Shown here: one piece after another, positions 1 through 10,743 of the stretch
How the letters are laid out: the number at the start of each line of letters is the position of its first letter
Numbering within the stretch: position 1 is the stretch's first letter
Source: Actinomycetota bacterium
GTDB taxonomy: Bacteria; Actinomycetota; Actinomycetes; JACCUZ01
Length of the DNA: 64,000 bases
Assembly (NCBI GenBank): GCA_030841035.1
Contig: JAVEDI010000026.1
Coordinates: 68-64,067 of the forward strand
Direction: 5' to 3'
The notes under the pieces: generated by a model
The model's input: the letters and a program-made list of their open reading frames with translations, nothing else
Database searches by the model: none
Told to the model about the DNA's origin: nothing
Program-made: the position numbers and the translations under genes

Positions 1-586
1 GCCTCGGCAGCACCTCCAGCGCGGCGGCCTCGAGCGACCGGTCCGGGTAGGACGCGAGCAGGGCCGTCACGACCTCGGTGTCGGTGGTCGCGGCGCGGTC
101 GGGACGACGGTGAGGCGCGCCCTCGTCGTACGGCAGCATGCCGCTCTCGGCCTCGCGCTTCTCGACGAGGGTGAGCAGGTCGCGGATGTTGGTCAGGTTG
201 CCGTTGTGGCCCAACGCGATCGAGCCGTTGGCGGTGGAGCGGAACGTCGGCTGGGCGTTCTCCCAGACGCTCGCGCCGGTGGTGGAGTACCGCGTGTGGC
301 CGATGGCGAGGTGACCGCGCAGGGCGCCGAGGTGACCCTCGTCGAAGACTTGCGAGACCAGGCCCATGTCCTTGTAGACCAGGATCTGCGAGCCGTTGCT
401 GACCGCGATGCCGGCCGACTCCTGGCCGCGGTGCTGCAGCGCGTAGAGCCCGAAGTAGGTGAGCTTGGCCACCTCTTCGTTCTCGGTGCTGCTGCCGGTC
501 CAGACGCCGAAGACGCCGCAGGCATCCTGCGGGCCCTTCTCGCCGAGGTGGTGGTCGTGAGAGAGCCGACCGTCGCCGCGTGGCAC
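1..586 (-). CDS. purF: Amidophosphoribosyltransferase, N-terminal part. The 3' end runs off the window start. GTG start with a propeptide before the catalytic Cys.
   Basis: Minus-strand translation reads VPRGDGRLSHDHHLGEKGPQDACGVFGVW...QESAGIAVSNGSQILVYKDMGLVSQVFDEGHLGALRGHLAIGHTRYSTTG. This is the class-II glutamine amidotransferase N-terminal nucleophile signature, and the N-terminus matches the Streptomyces PurF propeptide. There is an in-frame TAG just upstream of the GTG. Confidence 0.9.
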   Translation of the reverse strand, partial: MPRGDGRLSHDHHLGEKGPQDACGVFGVWTGSSTENEEVAKLTYFGLYALQHRGQESAGIAVSNGSQILVYKDMGLVSQVFDEGHLGALRGHLAIGHTRYSTTGASVWENAQPTFRSTANGSIALGHNGNLTNIRDLLTLVEKREAESGMLPYDEGAPHRRPDRAATTDTEVVTALLASYPDRSLEAAALEVLPR

Positions 587-659
587 TGCTTCAGTCTACG
601 GGGCGTTTGGTGCCGATCTGCGCACAGACACCGCCGGTCCCGGTGGGCGGGACGGGGGG

Positions 660-884
660 TCAGTGGTTGCGCTCGAGCCAGACGGCGAGCGCCCCGCCCG
701 CCAGGGCGCCGAGACCGCCGAGCAGGAGGCCGAGGTACGTCGTCAGGCGGCGGGGCTGGTCGACCTGCTGACCGAAGAACGCCACGACGAGCACCGTCGC
801 GACGACTCCGAGGACGAAGCCGGTGACGAGGAACGGCACGTAGCGCGGGCGGCGCACCACCCGGGACGGCTCGTCGGCGCTCAC
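660..884 (-). CDS. Small membrane protein, 74 aa, two predicted TM helices. Hypothetical.
   Basis: Complete ORF with GC3-rich codon usage and two hydrophobic segments (FLVTGFVLGVVATVLVVAFF and LGLLLGGLGALAGGALAVWL). Sits between the M14 peptidase gene and purF on the same strand. Confidence 0.5.
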   Translation of the reverse strand: MSADEPSRVVRRPRYVPFLVTGFVLGVVATVLVVAFFGQQVDQPRRLTTYLGLLLGGLGALAGGALAVWLERNH

Positions 885-914
885 GACGGCGAGCCTACGC
901 GTGGCCCGGCGTGC

Positions 915-1667
915 TCAGAGCGCGGCGCCCACTCGCCGGATCGCCGCGGCGGCGCGGGAGATGCGCGAGGCCGACACCGTCGGGCCGAACTCGACGGTCA
1001 CCGCCAGCGACGACGTACGGCTGTTGACCCAGCTGGTGAACGAGCCGTTGCAGACACCGCTGCAGTGGAAGGTCTTGACCGGCAACCCCATGCCAGCGGC
1101 CAGAGCGCGCACGACCGGCATGCCCTTCTCGTTCGCCCCCACCCCGAACAGCGGCTGGTGGAAGGTCACGATCAGGTCGGGCCGGATCCGCCGGACCAGC
1201 CGCTGCAGCGACCGGGTCTCGGGCTCGCTGGCCGCGCGCGGACCCGACCACAAACGGGTGCCGCGGCCGACGTCGCGCCATCGGTAGGGGAAGTTCCGGT
1301 TCAGGTCGACACCGTGCGCGTTGGTCCGCCGGTTCGCCGCGGTCCCGTCGGGGTTCACCGTGCGGATCAGCCACAGGTCCAGGTCGGCCGGCTGCGCGCC
1401 CCGCTGCAGCTGGCGCACCACGCGCAGGCCGGCCTGCTCGTCGCCGTGGATGTCACCGATCACGACGACCCGTCTCGTCGCGCCGGGCCCGGTGCGGTGC
1501 ATGACCGTGATCGGCCTGCCGCGCACCGACGTACCGATGGTCGACGTCGACTCCTGCGGAGCGCCGGAGGCGTGCGCGGTGACGGCTCCGCCCGAGGCGG
1601 TGGCGAGCAGGACAGCCGCGGCGGCGAGCGTCAGCCGGCGGTAGGTGCACACGGACATGAGGGACAT
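915..1667 (-). CDS. Secreted M14-family zinc carboxypeptidase, murein peptide amidase or gamma-D-Glu-DAP peptidase-like.
   Basis: ATG start MSLMSVCTYRRLTLAAAAVLLATASGGAVTAHA (Sec signal peptide). HxxE zinc motif GDIHGDEQAG, NPDG and NRNF motifs typical of the M14 / succinylglutamate desuccinylase-aspartoacylase fold. The 565-aa track ORF is an upstream run-on. Confidence 0.75.
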   Translation of the reverse strand: MSLMSVCTYRRLTLAAAAVLLATASGGAVTAHASGAPQESTSTIGTSVRGRPITVMHRTGPGATRRVVVIGDIHGDEQAGLRVVRQLQRGAQPADLDLWLIRTVNPDGTAANRRTNAHGVDLNRNFPYRWRDVGRGTRLWSGPRAASEPETRSLQRLVRRIRPDLIVTFHQPLFGVGANEKGMPVVRALAAGMGLPVKTFHCSGVCNGSFTSWVNSRTSSLAVTVEFGPTVSASRISRAAAAIRRVGAAL

Positions 1668-1717
1668 CCTGGCGTACGTCGCCCCGGGGCGCCGCGGGCG
1701 ACGCATCCCGGCCACCC

Positions 1718-2404
1718 TCAGGAGGGGTCGACCCGGTGGCTGGTGCGGTAGTCCTCGGGCGCGAGGGAGTGGGGGTTGTCCAGCAGCAGCCCGCCGAGCA
1801 GCAACCTGGGGTGGGTGCGCAGCAGCTCGAGCATCAGCCCACCGCCGAACACCTCGAGGTCGTACATGCACAGCAGCGACTGCTCGGGGTGCTCGGCCAG
1901 GTAGGTGTTGAGCTCGGACTCGTAGGCCATGAAGGCGTCGATCCCGCCGGGCAGGATCCGCAGCGGTTTCGGCATCTCCCCCGCCGCGCGGACGAAGGCG
2001 TAGTCGCCCGAGGCCAGCGCCGTGCCCATCGTGGTCTCCCAGAAGGCGAGCACCTCGTCGGCGTCGAACTCCCCGGACGACAGGTAGGTGTCGGCCGCCC
2101 CTGACATCTCGAGCTGGGCGCTGGCCAGCGCGTCGTCGATGTCGAGCCCGTGGCCAAGGACGCTGAGCATGCCGGGGTCGGTGACGTCGAGGACGCAGAT
2201 GCACTTGTCGCCGGAGCGCAGGCCGGAGCGCAGGTACGGCACCAGGAACTCGTCGCGCTGGCCGGTCCCGAAGTACATGGCGCACACGTGGTCGCCGGGA
2301 GACAGGTCGAGGTCGGGAAGGCCGAACTGCATGGGCACCTCGGGGAGCGGACCGGCGCGCGGGGGTGCCGTCATCGTGACAGCGCGCACACCCGTGAGAG
2401 TCAC
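1718..2404 (-). CDS. MEDS-domain (DcmR-like sensory domain) protein.
   Basis: 228-aa ORF carrying the GDHVCAMYFGTGQRDEFLVPYLRSGLRSGDKCICVL block characteristic of MEDS domains. The start could be an internal Met (MTAPP or MQFG). Confidence 0.6.
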   Translation of the reverse strand: MTLTGVRAVTMTAPPRAGPLPEVPMQFGLPDLDLSPGDHVCAMYFGTGQRDEFLVPYLRSGLRSGDKCICVLDVTDPGMLSVLGHGLDIDDALASAQLEMSGAADTYLSSGEFDADEVLAFWETTMGTALASGDYAFVRAAGEMPKPLRILPGGIDAFMAYESELNTYLAEHPEQSLLCMYDLEVFGGGLMLELLRTHPRLLLGGLLLDNPHSLAPEDYRTSHRVDPS

Positions 2405-2434
2405 TCGTTCTGGCGATGGAGACGGCCGTGGCCC

Positions 2435-2944
2435 TCAGACGAGCGGCAGGTGGGCCGACAGATCGGCTCGCTCGCCGCTGGCGCGCAGCGCCCCGCTCGC
2501 GAGGGCCTCGTCCCACTGCAGCCGGCCGGTCGCCAGGGCCACCCAGGTCAGCGGATCTGTCTCGACGACACCCGGTGGGGTCCCCCGCGTGTGCCGCGGA
2601 CCCTCGACGCACTGCACCGCTCCGTACGGCGGCACCCGCACCTCGATCGTGTGACCGGGGGCCCGGGCGACGAGCTCCTCGAGCAGGTAGCGGGTCGCGT
2701 CGCGCAGGTCGCTGCGCGGCGGTTCGGCGCCCGGCGGATGGGTGCCCGGCGGATCGGCGCCCGGCGCATCGGCGCCCGGCGGATGGGTGCCCGGCGGATC
2801 GGCGCCCGGCGGATGGGTGCCCGGCGGATCGGTGCCCGGCGGATCGGTGCCCGGCGGATGGGTGCCCGGCGGATCGGCCGCCGCCATCAGCCGGCGTACC
2901 GCCGCTGCCCCCACCTCGGGATCGGTACGACGGCGAGCAGGCAC
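2435..2944 (-). CDS. SCP2 (sterol-carrier-like) domain protein with an N-terminal PPGT(D/H) pentapeptide repeat.
   Basis: C-terminal ~85 aa (RYLLEELVARAPGHTIEVRVPPYGAVQCVEGP...LTWVALATGRLQWDEALASGALRASG) resembles SCP2 sterol-binding domains. The N-terminal half is about 10 tandem PPGTD/PPGTH/PPGAD units. Confidence 0.55.
   Translation of the reverse strand: MPARRRTDPEVGAAAVRRLMAAADPPGTHPPGTDPPGTDPPGTHPPGADPPGTHPPGADAPGADPPGTHPPGAEPPRSDLRDATRYLLEELVARAPGHTIEVRVPPYGAVQCVEGPRHTRGTPPGVVETDPLTWVALATGRLQWDEALASGALRASGERADLSAHLPLV
2725..2882. repeat. 15-bp tandem repeat (ccggcggatgggtgc / ccggcggatcggcgc variants), about 10.5 copies, encoding the PPGT(D/H) repeat of the SCP2 protein.
   Basis: Direct reading of the sequence between 2725 and 2882. 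Units alternate between gatggg and gatcgg variants. Confidence 0.85.
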
Positions 2945-2997
2945 CCGGTCACGCTACCGGCGCGAGTCAGCGTCCCCGTCCAGTGACCGCCACCCCC

Positions 2998-3226
2998 ACG
3001 CACCGTGATCGAGAGGAGAACCGGCACCGAATCGGTGCCGAACACCCTCACGATCACCCCACCCGGGACCGGCCACCCCCACGCACCGTGATCGTGAGGA
3101 GAACCAGCACCGAATCGGTGCCGAACAGCCTCACGATCACCCCACCCGCGACCGGCCACCCCCACGCACCGTGATCGTGAGGAGAACCAGCACCGAATCC
3201 GTGCCGAACACCCTCACGATCACCCG
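2998..3226. repeat. Tandem array of 2.75 copies of an 83-bp unit. Each unit contains a nested palindrome GTGATCGTGAGG-N29-CCTCACGATCAC, with an inner GCACCGAATCGGTGC hairpin.
   Basis: Copies start at about 2998, 3081 and 3164, an exact 83-bp period with a few point differences. Outer 12-bp arms are perfect inverted repeats. The array lies in the divergent intergenic region between the SCP2 gene start and the ABC exporter start. Confidence 0.85.
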
Positions 3227-3299
3227 AGAGCGGCGGGGCAGGGTCGCGCGGAGGGAAACCGGTAGGTGCTCTGGGGCCGGCGGCGTACCGTGGTTGGCG

Positions 3300-5078
3300 A
3301 TGTCCACGGGTCTCTCCACGGCGGTTGTGCGTCGCCGCAGCAGCCTGCAGTCCCTGTGGCGCCTCGGCAGCTACGTCCGGCCCTACGCCGGGCAGATGGT
3401 GCTGATGACGGTCGCGGCCGGGGTTGCCGTGGGTGCCAGCCTCCTGGTGCCGCTGGTCATCCGCTCGATCGTCGACGGGCCGATCCGGCACGGCGAGCGC
3501 AGCGGTCTGCTGCCGCTGGGGCTGCTCGCCCTGCTGCTCGGGGTGCTCGAGGCGGGGCTGGTGTTCGTGCGCCGGTGGGTGCAGTCCTACGCGGCGCTCG
3601 GCATGGAGACGGCCGTTCGCGACGACCTCTACGCCCATCTGCAGCGGCTGCCGGTCGCCTTCCACGACGAGTGGCAGACGGGTCAGCTGCTGTCCCGGGC
3701 GACGACCGACCTGTCGACGGTCCGCCGGTTCCTGTCCTTTGGGCTGGTCTACCTCGTGGTCAACGTCGCGACGTTCGTGACGGTCGTCGCGCTGCTGGTG
3801 CACCTCTATGCGCCGCTCGCCCTGTTCGTCGCGGCCTCGGCGGTGCCCCTGTTCTTCATCTCCCGCAACCTCTCGCGCGCCTACCTGCGTACGTCGCGCC
3901 AGGTGCAGGACCTGCAGGGCGACCTCGCCACCTTCATCGAGGAGTCCGCGGTCGGCGTGCGGGTCATCCGCTCGTTCGGCCGACGACAGCACGTCGGTAC
4001 GTCGTTCCGCCGCGGCGCCCGCACGCTGCACGACGCCGCCGTGGGCAAGGCGACGCTGGTCGCCCGGTTCTGGTCGCTGTTCGACCTGGTGCCGAGCCTG
4101 ACTCTCGGCGGCGTGCTGCTGTTCGGCTCGGTGGCGGTGTCCCGCGAGGCGATGACGCTCGGCGAGCTGGTCGCGTTCGTGACGCTGATGCTCATGCTGG
4201 TCTGGCCGGTCGACTCGCTCGGCTGGATCCTGGCCAACGGCCAGGAGGCGATGACCGCGGCGGACCGCATCTACGAGGTGTTCGACACGGAGCCGGCAGT
4301 CGTCGACCGGCCCGGCGCCGTGGCGCTCGCGTCGACGAACGGCTGGCTGCGCCTGGAGAAGGTCGGCTTCTCCTACCCCGGCAGCTCGCGCCCGGTGCTG
4401 CACGACATCGACCTGGAGGTGCGCCCCGGCGAGACGCTGGCGCTCGTCGGGGGCACCGGCAGCGGCAAGACGACGCTCACCGCGTTGGTGCCGCGCCTCT
4501 ACGACGTGACAGCCGGGCGCATCACGCTGGACGGGCACGACATCCGTGACCTCCAGCTGAGCTCACTGCGCAGCCTGATCGCGACGGCGTTCGAGGATGC
4601 CACCCTGTTCTCCTCCAGCGTCCGCGACAACGTCACCCTGGGCCGCGCCGACGCGACCGACGCCGAGGTGGCCGAGGCGCTGCAGATCGCACAGGCGACG
4701 TTCGTCCACGACCTGCCGTGGGGCCTCGAGACGCGCATCGGCGAGCAGGGCCTGTCGCTCTCCGGCGGCCAGCGGCAGCGGCTGGCGCTGGCCCGCGCCG
4801 TGCTGGGGCGGCCCGGTGTCCTGGTGCTCGACGACCCCCTGTCCGCCCTCGACGTACACACCGAGTCCCTCGTCGAGGAGGCGCTGCGCCGCGTGCTGTC
4901 AAGAACCACGGCGCTGCTCGTGGTGCACCGTCCCTCGACGGTCGCCCTCGCCGACCGGGTGGCGCTGCTGGAGCACGGCACCATAGCCGCCGTGGGCACC
5001 CACTCCGAGCTGATGGAGACCGTGCCGGCCTACCGCGCCGTGCTGTCCCAGCAGGCCGAGGAGATGACCGCCGGATGA
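3300..5078 (+). CDS. ABC transporter, fused permease and ATP-binding protein. Exporter-type, half of a heterodimer.
   Basis: ATG MSTGLSTAVV, six-TM N-terminal domain, Walker A GGTGSGKTT, signature [14 protein letters not shown], Walker B VLVLDD. The track ORF start at 3171 is a run-on through the repeat array. Confidence 0.9.
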   Translation: MSTGLSTAVVRRRSSLQSLWRLGSYVRPYAGQMVLMTVAAGVAVGASLLVPLVIRSIVDGPIRHGERSGLLPLGLLALLLGVLEAGLVFVRRWVQSYAALGMETAVRDDLYAHLQRLPVAFHDEWQTGQLLSRATTDLSTVRRFLSFGLVYLVVNVATFVTVVALLVHLYAPLALFVAASAVPLFFISRNLSRAYLRTSRQVQDLQGDLATFIEESAVGVRVIRSFGRRQHVGTSFRRGARTLHDAAVGKATLVARFWSLFDLVPSLTLGGVLLFGSVAVSREAMTLGELVAFVTLMLMLVWPVDSLGWILANGQEAMTAADRIYEVFDTEPAVVDRPGAVALASTNGWLRLEKVGFSYPGSSRPVLHDIDLEVRPGETLALVGGTGSGKTTLTALVPRLYDVTAGRITLDGHDIRDLQLSSLRSLIATAFEDATLFSSSVRDNVTLGRADATDAEVAEALQIAQATFVHDLPWGLETRIGEQGLSLSGGQRQRLALARAVLGRPGVLVLDDPLSALDVHTESLVEEALRRVLSRTTALLVVHRPSTVALADRVALLEHGTIAAVGTHSELMETVPAYRAVLSQQAEEMTAG

Positions 5079-6931
5079 GCGAGCCCCCGGAGGCCGCCGG
5101 CACGGCCGAGAAGGAGACCGACCTCCGGTCCTGGCGCGGCGTCGCCCTGCGGGACGTCGACGAGCTGTCCGACGAGACGACCGTGCGGCTGCGGCGGCGC
5201 AGCCGTCGCCTGCTGGGCATCCTGCTGCGCCCGCACCGGCGGACCCTGTGGGTCGCACTGGTCCTGCTGCTGCTGCAGAACGCCGCCGCGATGTCGGGGC
5301 CCTACCTCGTCAAGGTCGGCATCGACCGGGGCATCCCGCCGCTCGACACCCACGGCGACGCGACGGTGCTGACGGTCGTGACGGTGGCGTTCGTGGCCGC
5401 CGCCGTGGTCGAGTACCTGACGAAACGCGCGTTCCTCGTCGCGAGCGGACGGGTGGGGCAGGCCGTTCTCTACGACCTGCGGACCCGGGTCTACGACCAC
5501 TTCCAGCGGCTCTCGCCCGCCTTCCACGAGCGCTACACGTCCGGCCGGGTCATCTCGCGCCTCACCAGCGACGTCGACGCGCTGGGCGAGCTGCTCGACG
5601 GGGGCGTCGACGACCTGGTGCTCGCCGCGCTCTCGGTCGGGTCGGTCGGTGTGATCCTGCTGTTCCTCGACCTGCCGATGGGGCTGGTCACGCTGCTCAG
5701 CTTCCCGCTGCTGCTGCTGCTGTCGCGGTGGTTCCGCCGCAGCTCGGCGGTGGCCTACCGGCGGACCCGCGAGACCGTCGCGCTGGTGATCGTGCACTTC
5801 GTCGAGTCGCTGGGCGGCATCCGCGCCGTGCAGGCGTTCCGCCGCGAGCCGCGCAACCAGGCCATCTTCGAGGCGCTGAACGACGACTACCGGCTGGCCA
5901 ACGAGCGGGCGTTCAAGCTGATCGCGATCTTCGCGCCCGGCATCAAGCTGATCGGCAACGTGACGCTGGCCGTCGTGCTGCTGTTCGGCAGCTACCGCGT
6001 CCTCGGCGGGCACGCCGAGGTCGGCGTACTCGCCGCGTTCCTGCTCTACCTGCGCCGGTTCTTCGACCCGATGCAGGACCTGTCGATGTTCTACAACTCC
6101 CTGCAGTCGGCGACCGCCGCGTTGGAGAAGCTGTCCGCGGTGCTGGAGGAGACGCCGACCGTCACCGAGCCGGCCGAGCCGGTGAGCCTGCCGCAGCCGG
6201 TCGGGCGGATCGACCTCGACGGCGTGCGCTTCGGCTACCGCGACGCGGTCGTGCTGCCCGAGCTGGACCTGCACGTGCCGGCCGGTCAGACCGTCGCGCT
6301 GGTCGGCGCGACCGGCGCGGGCAAGACGACGATCGCCCGGTTGGTCGCCCGGTTCTACGACCCGCAGGACGGCGTCGTGCGCCTGGACGGGGTCGACCTG
6401 CGCCACCTCGGCGAAGCCGACCTGCGCCGCGGCGTCGTCATGGTGACCCAGGAGAACTTCCTCTTCTCCGACACGGTGGCGGAGAACATCCGGTTCGGCC
6501 GGCCCGACGCGACCGACGCCGACGTGGCGCAGGCCGCGCGCGCCATCGGGGCGCTGGAGTTCATCGAGGCGCTGCCGGACGGGTTCGACACGCAGGTCGG
6601 CAAGCGCGGTGGCCGGCTCTCGTCGGGGCAGCGGCAGCTGCTGGCGTTCGCCCGCGCGTTCCTCGGCGACCCGGCGGTGCTGATCCTCGACGAGGCGACC
6701 TCGTCGCTGGACATCCCCAGCGAGCGGCTGGTGCAGCGGGCGCTGCGCACGATCCTGCGCGACCGCACGGCGCTGATCATCGCCCACCGGCTCTCGACCG
6801 TGGAGATCGCCGACCGGGTGCTGGTGCTCGACCGGGGGCGGATCGTCGAGGACGGCACGCCGGCCGATCTGGTGCGCGACGGTGGCGGCTACGCCGGTCT
6901 CCACCAGGCCTGGGCCGACTCCCTCGTCTGA
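5075..6931 (+). CDS. ABC transporter, fused permease and ATP-binding protein. Partner half of the heterodimeric exporter.
   Basis: ATG overlaps the upstream stop (ATGA). MSEPPEAAG..., TM domain, Walker A GATGAGKTT, signature LSSGQRQLLAFARA, Walker B ILILDE. Confidence 0.9.
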   Translation: MSEPPEAAGTAEKETDLRSWRGVALRDVDELSDETTVRLRRRSRRLLGILLRPHRRTLWVALVLLLLQNAAAMSGPYLVKVGIDRGIPPLDTHGDATVLTVVTVAFVAAAVVEYLTKRAFLVASGRVGQAVLYDLRTRVYDHFQRLSPAFHERYTSGRVISRLTSDVDALGELLDGGVDDLVLAALSVGSVGVILLFLDLPMGLVTLLSFPLLLLLSRWFRRSSAVAYRRTRETVALVIVHFVESLGGIRAVQAFRREPRNQAIFEALNDDYRLANERAFKLIAIFAPGIKLIGNVTLAVVLLFGSYRVLGGHAEVGVLAAFLLYLRRFFDPMQDLSMFYNSLQSATAALEKLSAVLEETPTVTEPAEPVSLPQPVGRIDLDGVRFGYRDAVVLPELDLHVPAGQTVALVGATGAGKTTIARLVARFYDPQDGVVRLDGVDLRHLGEADLRRGVVMVTQENFLFSDTVAENIRFGRPDATDADVAQAARAIGALEFIEALPDGFDTQVGKRGGRLSSGQRQLLAFARAFLGDPAVLILDEATSSLDIPSERLVQRALRTILRDRTALIIAHRLSTVEIADRVLVLDRGRIVEDGTPADLVRDGGGYAGLHQAWADSLV

Positions 6932-6940
6932 CCCGCGAGC

Positions 6941-9192
<2,252 letters not shown>

Positions 9193-9196
<4 letters not shown>

Positions 9197-9864
9197 GCGT
9201 TGACGGCTGCCCGCAGCAGCGAGCTGAAGAAGCCGAGCCCGTCGGTGCTCGGGCCGGTCAGCTCCTCGACCGCGTGCTCCGGGTGCGGCATGAGGCCCAC
9301 CACGTTGCCGCGCTCGTTGGCGACGCCGGCGATCGCCCGGTACGAGCCGTTCGGGTTGTCGCCGACGTACCGCACGACCACCCGGCCCTCGCCCTCGATC
9401 CGGTCGAGCGTGTCCTCGGACGCGACGAAGCCGCCCTCGCCGTTCTTGAGCGGCACCACGATGTGCTGACCGCTCTGGTAACCCGACGTCCAGGAGGTCG
9501 CGACGCTCTCCACGACCAGCTCCTGGTCGCGGCAGAGGAACTTGCGGTGGTCGTTGCGGATCAACGCTCCCGGCAGCAGATGCGACTCACACAGGATCTG
9601 GAACCCGTTGCAGATGCCGAGCACCGGCATGCCCTGCTGGGCGCGTTCGATGACGGCGGTCATGACCGGCGCGAAGCGCGCGATGGCACCGCAGCGCAGG
9701 TAGTCGCCGTAGGAGAAACCGCCGGGCAGCACGACCGCGTCGACGCCGCGCAGGTCGGCGTCACCGTGCCAGAGGGCGACCGCCTCCCCGCCCACGATGC
9801 GTACGGCCCGGGCGGCGTCACGGTCGTCGAGCGAACCCGGGAAGGTGACGACCCCGACCTTCAC
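9193..9864 (-). CDS. purQ: Phosphoribosylformylglycinamidine synthase glutaminase subunit PurQ.
   Basis: GTG start [11 protein letters not shown]... with catalytic GICNGFQIL and HPE motifs. Its stop overlaps the purL ATG, and its GTG overlaps the purS TGA (GTGA). Confidence 0.95.
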
Positions 9865-10110
9865 GGCTGGTCCACCCGGACGGTGTAGTCCTCGATCACC
9901 GGGTTGGACAGCAGCGTCTCGGCGGCGCCCCTGATCTGGGCGAGCCGCTCCTCGGTGACGTCGCCCTCGAGCTCGAGCTCGAAGCGCTTGCCCTGGCGTA
10001 CGTCGGTGACCCCGTCGAAGCCGAGCCGGGGCAGCGCATGGGCGACGGCCTGTCCCTGCGGGTCGAGGATCTCGGGTTTGAGCATGACGTCGACGACGAC
10101 GCGGGCCATC
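9861..10110 (-). CDS. purS: Phosphoribosylformylglycinamidine synthase subunit PurS.
   Basis: 82 aa: [51 protein letters not shown]..., typical PurS. Confidence 0.93.
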
Positions 10111-10257
10111 CGGGCACTCCTGCGGGTGGGTGAAGGGCGGCAGGCCCAGCCTACCCGGCCAGGACGTGGCGGCCGGCCGGGCCGCGCCCCGGTGCAGCCG
10201 TGTGACGAGGGCCGGACGCGGGCAACCTGCCTGCATGCATCCACCGGCAGTGCGGGC

Positions 10258-10743
10258 GTGAGTCGGCTTCGGGGTGCCGTCTCGGGCCGGGTGGTCACCG
10301 CCTGGCTCTGCGGAGCGGCCCTGGCCGGCGTGGTCGCCGGCGGCCTGCTGGTGACGCGCGGCACGACCGAGCCCGTGGCCCCGGCCACGACGAGCGGGTC
10401 GGCCACCCCGACGGCCGCGGCGAGCTCCAGCACCCCCCACAGCAGCCCGGCGAGCTCGACCGGTGCCGACCAGCGCGCGTCGGCCGGCCCCAGCGCGACG
10501 ACGACCCACAAGGCGCCGAAGGCCCCGAAGGCCCGCAAACCGCCGAAGACCCGCAAGGCGCGCAAGCCGCCGAAGACGCGGAAGCCGCCGAAGACGCGCG
10601 GGGCGCCGAAGGCCGCCCCGGCCACGTCGACACCCGCGACGGGCGGCGCCCTAGGAGGCGCCGAGCGCGCGCGACTGCCAGGAGTCCCAGGCGGTGCGGA
10701 CCATGTCGGCCAGGTGCAGCCGGGCGGCCCAGCCCAGCTGTGA
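10258..10743 (+). CDS. Hypothetical membrane-anchored protein, 161 aa, with a Ser/Thr/Pro/Ala linker and a Lys-rich KPPKTRK-repeat tail.
   Basis: GTG start [32 protein letters not shown] (one TM helix). The tail [38 protein letters not shown] is encoded by a GC3-biased codon repeat. The last ~93 nt overlap the galE 3' end on the opposite strand, so the true end is uncertain. Confidence 0.35.
   Translation: MSRLRGAVSGRVVTAWLCGAALAGVVAGGLLVTRGTTEPVAPATTSGSATPTAAASSSTPHSSPASSTGADQRASAGPSATTTHKAPKAPKARKPPKTRKARKPPKTRKPPKTRGAPKAAPATSTPATGGALGGAERARLPGVPGGADHVGQVQPGGPAQL

Noticed and set aside
110-826. 238-aa + strand ORF at the window start
   Set aside because: Lies antisense to the strongly supported purF N-terminal coding region. 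Arg/Ala-rich composition typical of high-GC antisense frames.
663-2612. Long overlapping ORFs (663-1751 +, 915-2612 - as 565 aa)
   Set aside because: The 565-aa frame is a run-on upstream of the real M14 peptidase start (signal peptide begins at MSLMS, 1667). The + strand ORF is antisense to the peptidase and MEDS genes.
2998-3226. Possible CRISPR array because of regularly spaced repeats
   Set aside because: Units abut one another at an 83-bp period with no unique spacers. The repeats are long nested palindromes rather than 28-37-bp direct repeats, and there are no cas genes nearby.
2998-3226. Integron attC-like site
   Set aside because: No RYYYAAC / GTTRRRY core sites, and no intI gene or cassette organisation.
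3054-4538. 494-aa minus-strand ORF and other antisense ORFs across the ABC exporter genes (3266-4549 +, 5030-6904 -, 5248-7056 +)
   Set aside because: All lie antisense or out-of-frame to the two ABC exporter genes, which have clear Walker motifs. Their composition is Arg/Gly/Pro-rich.
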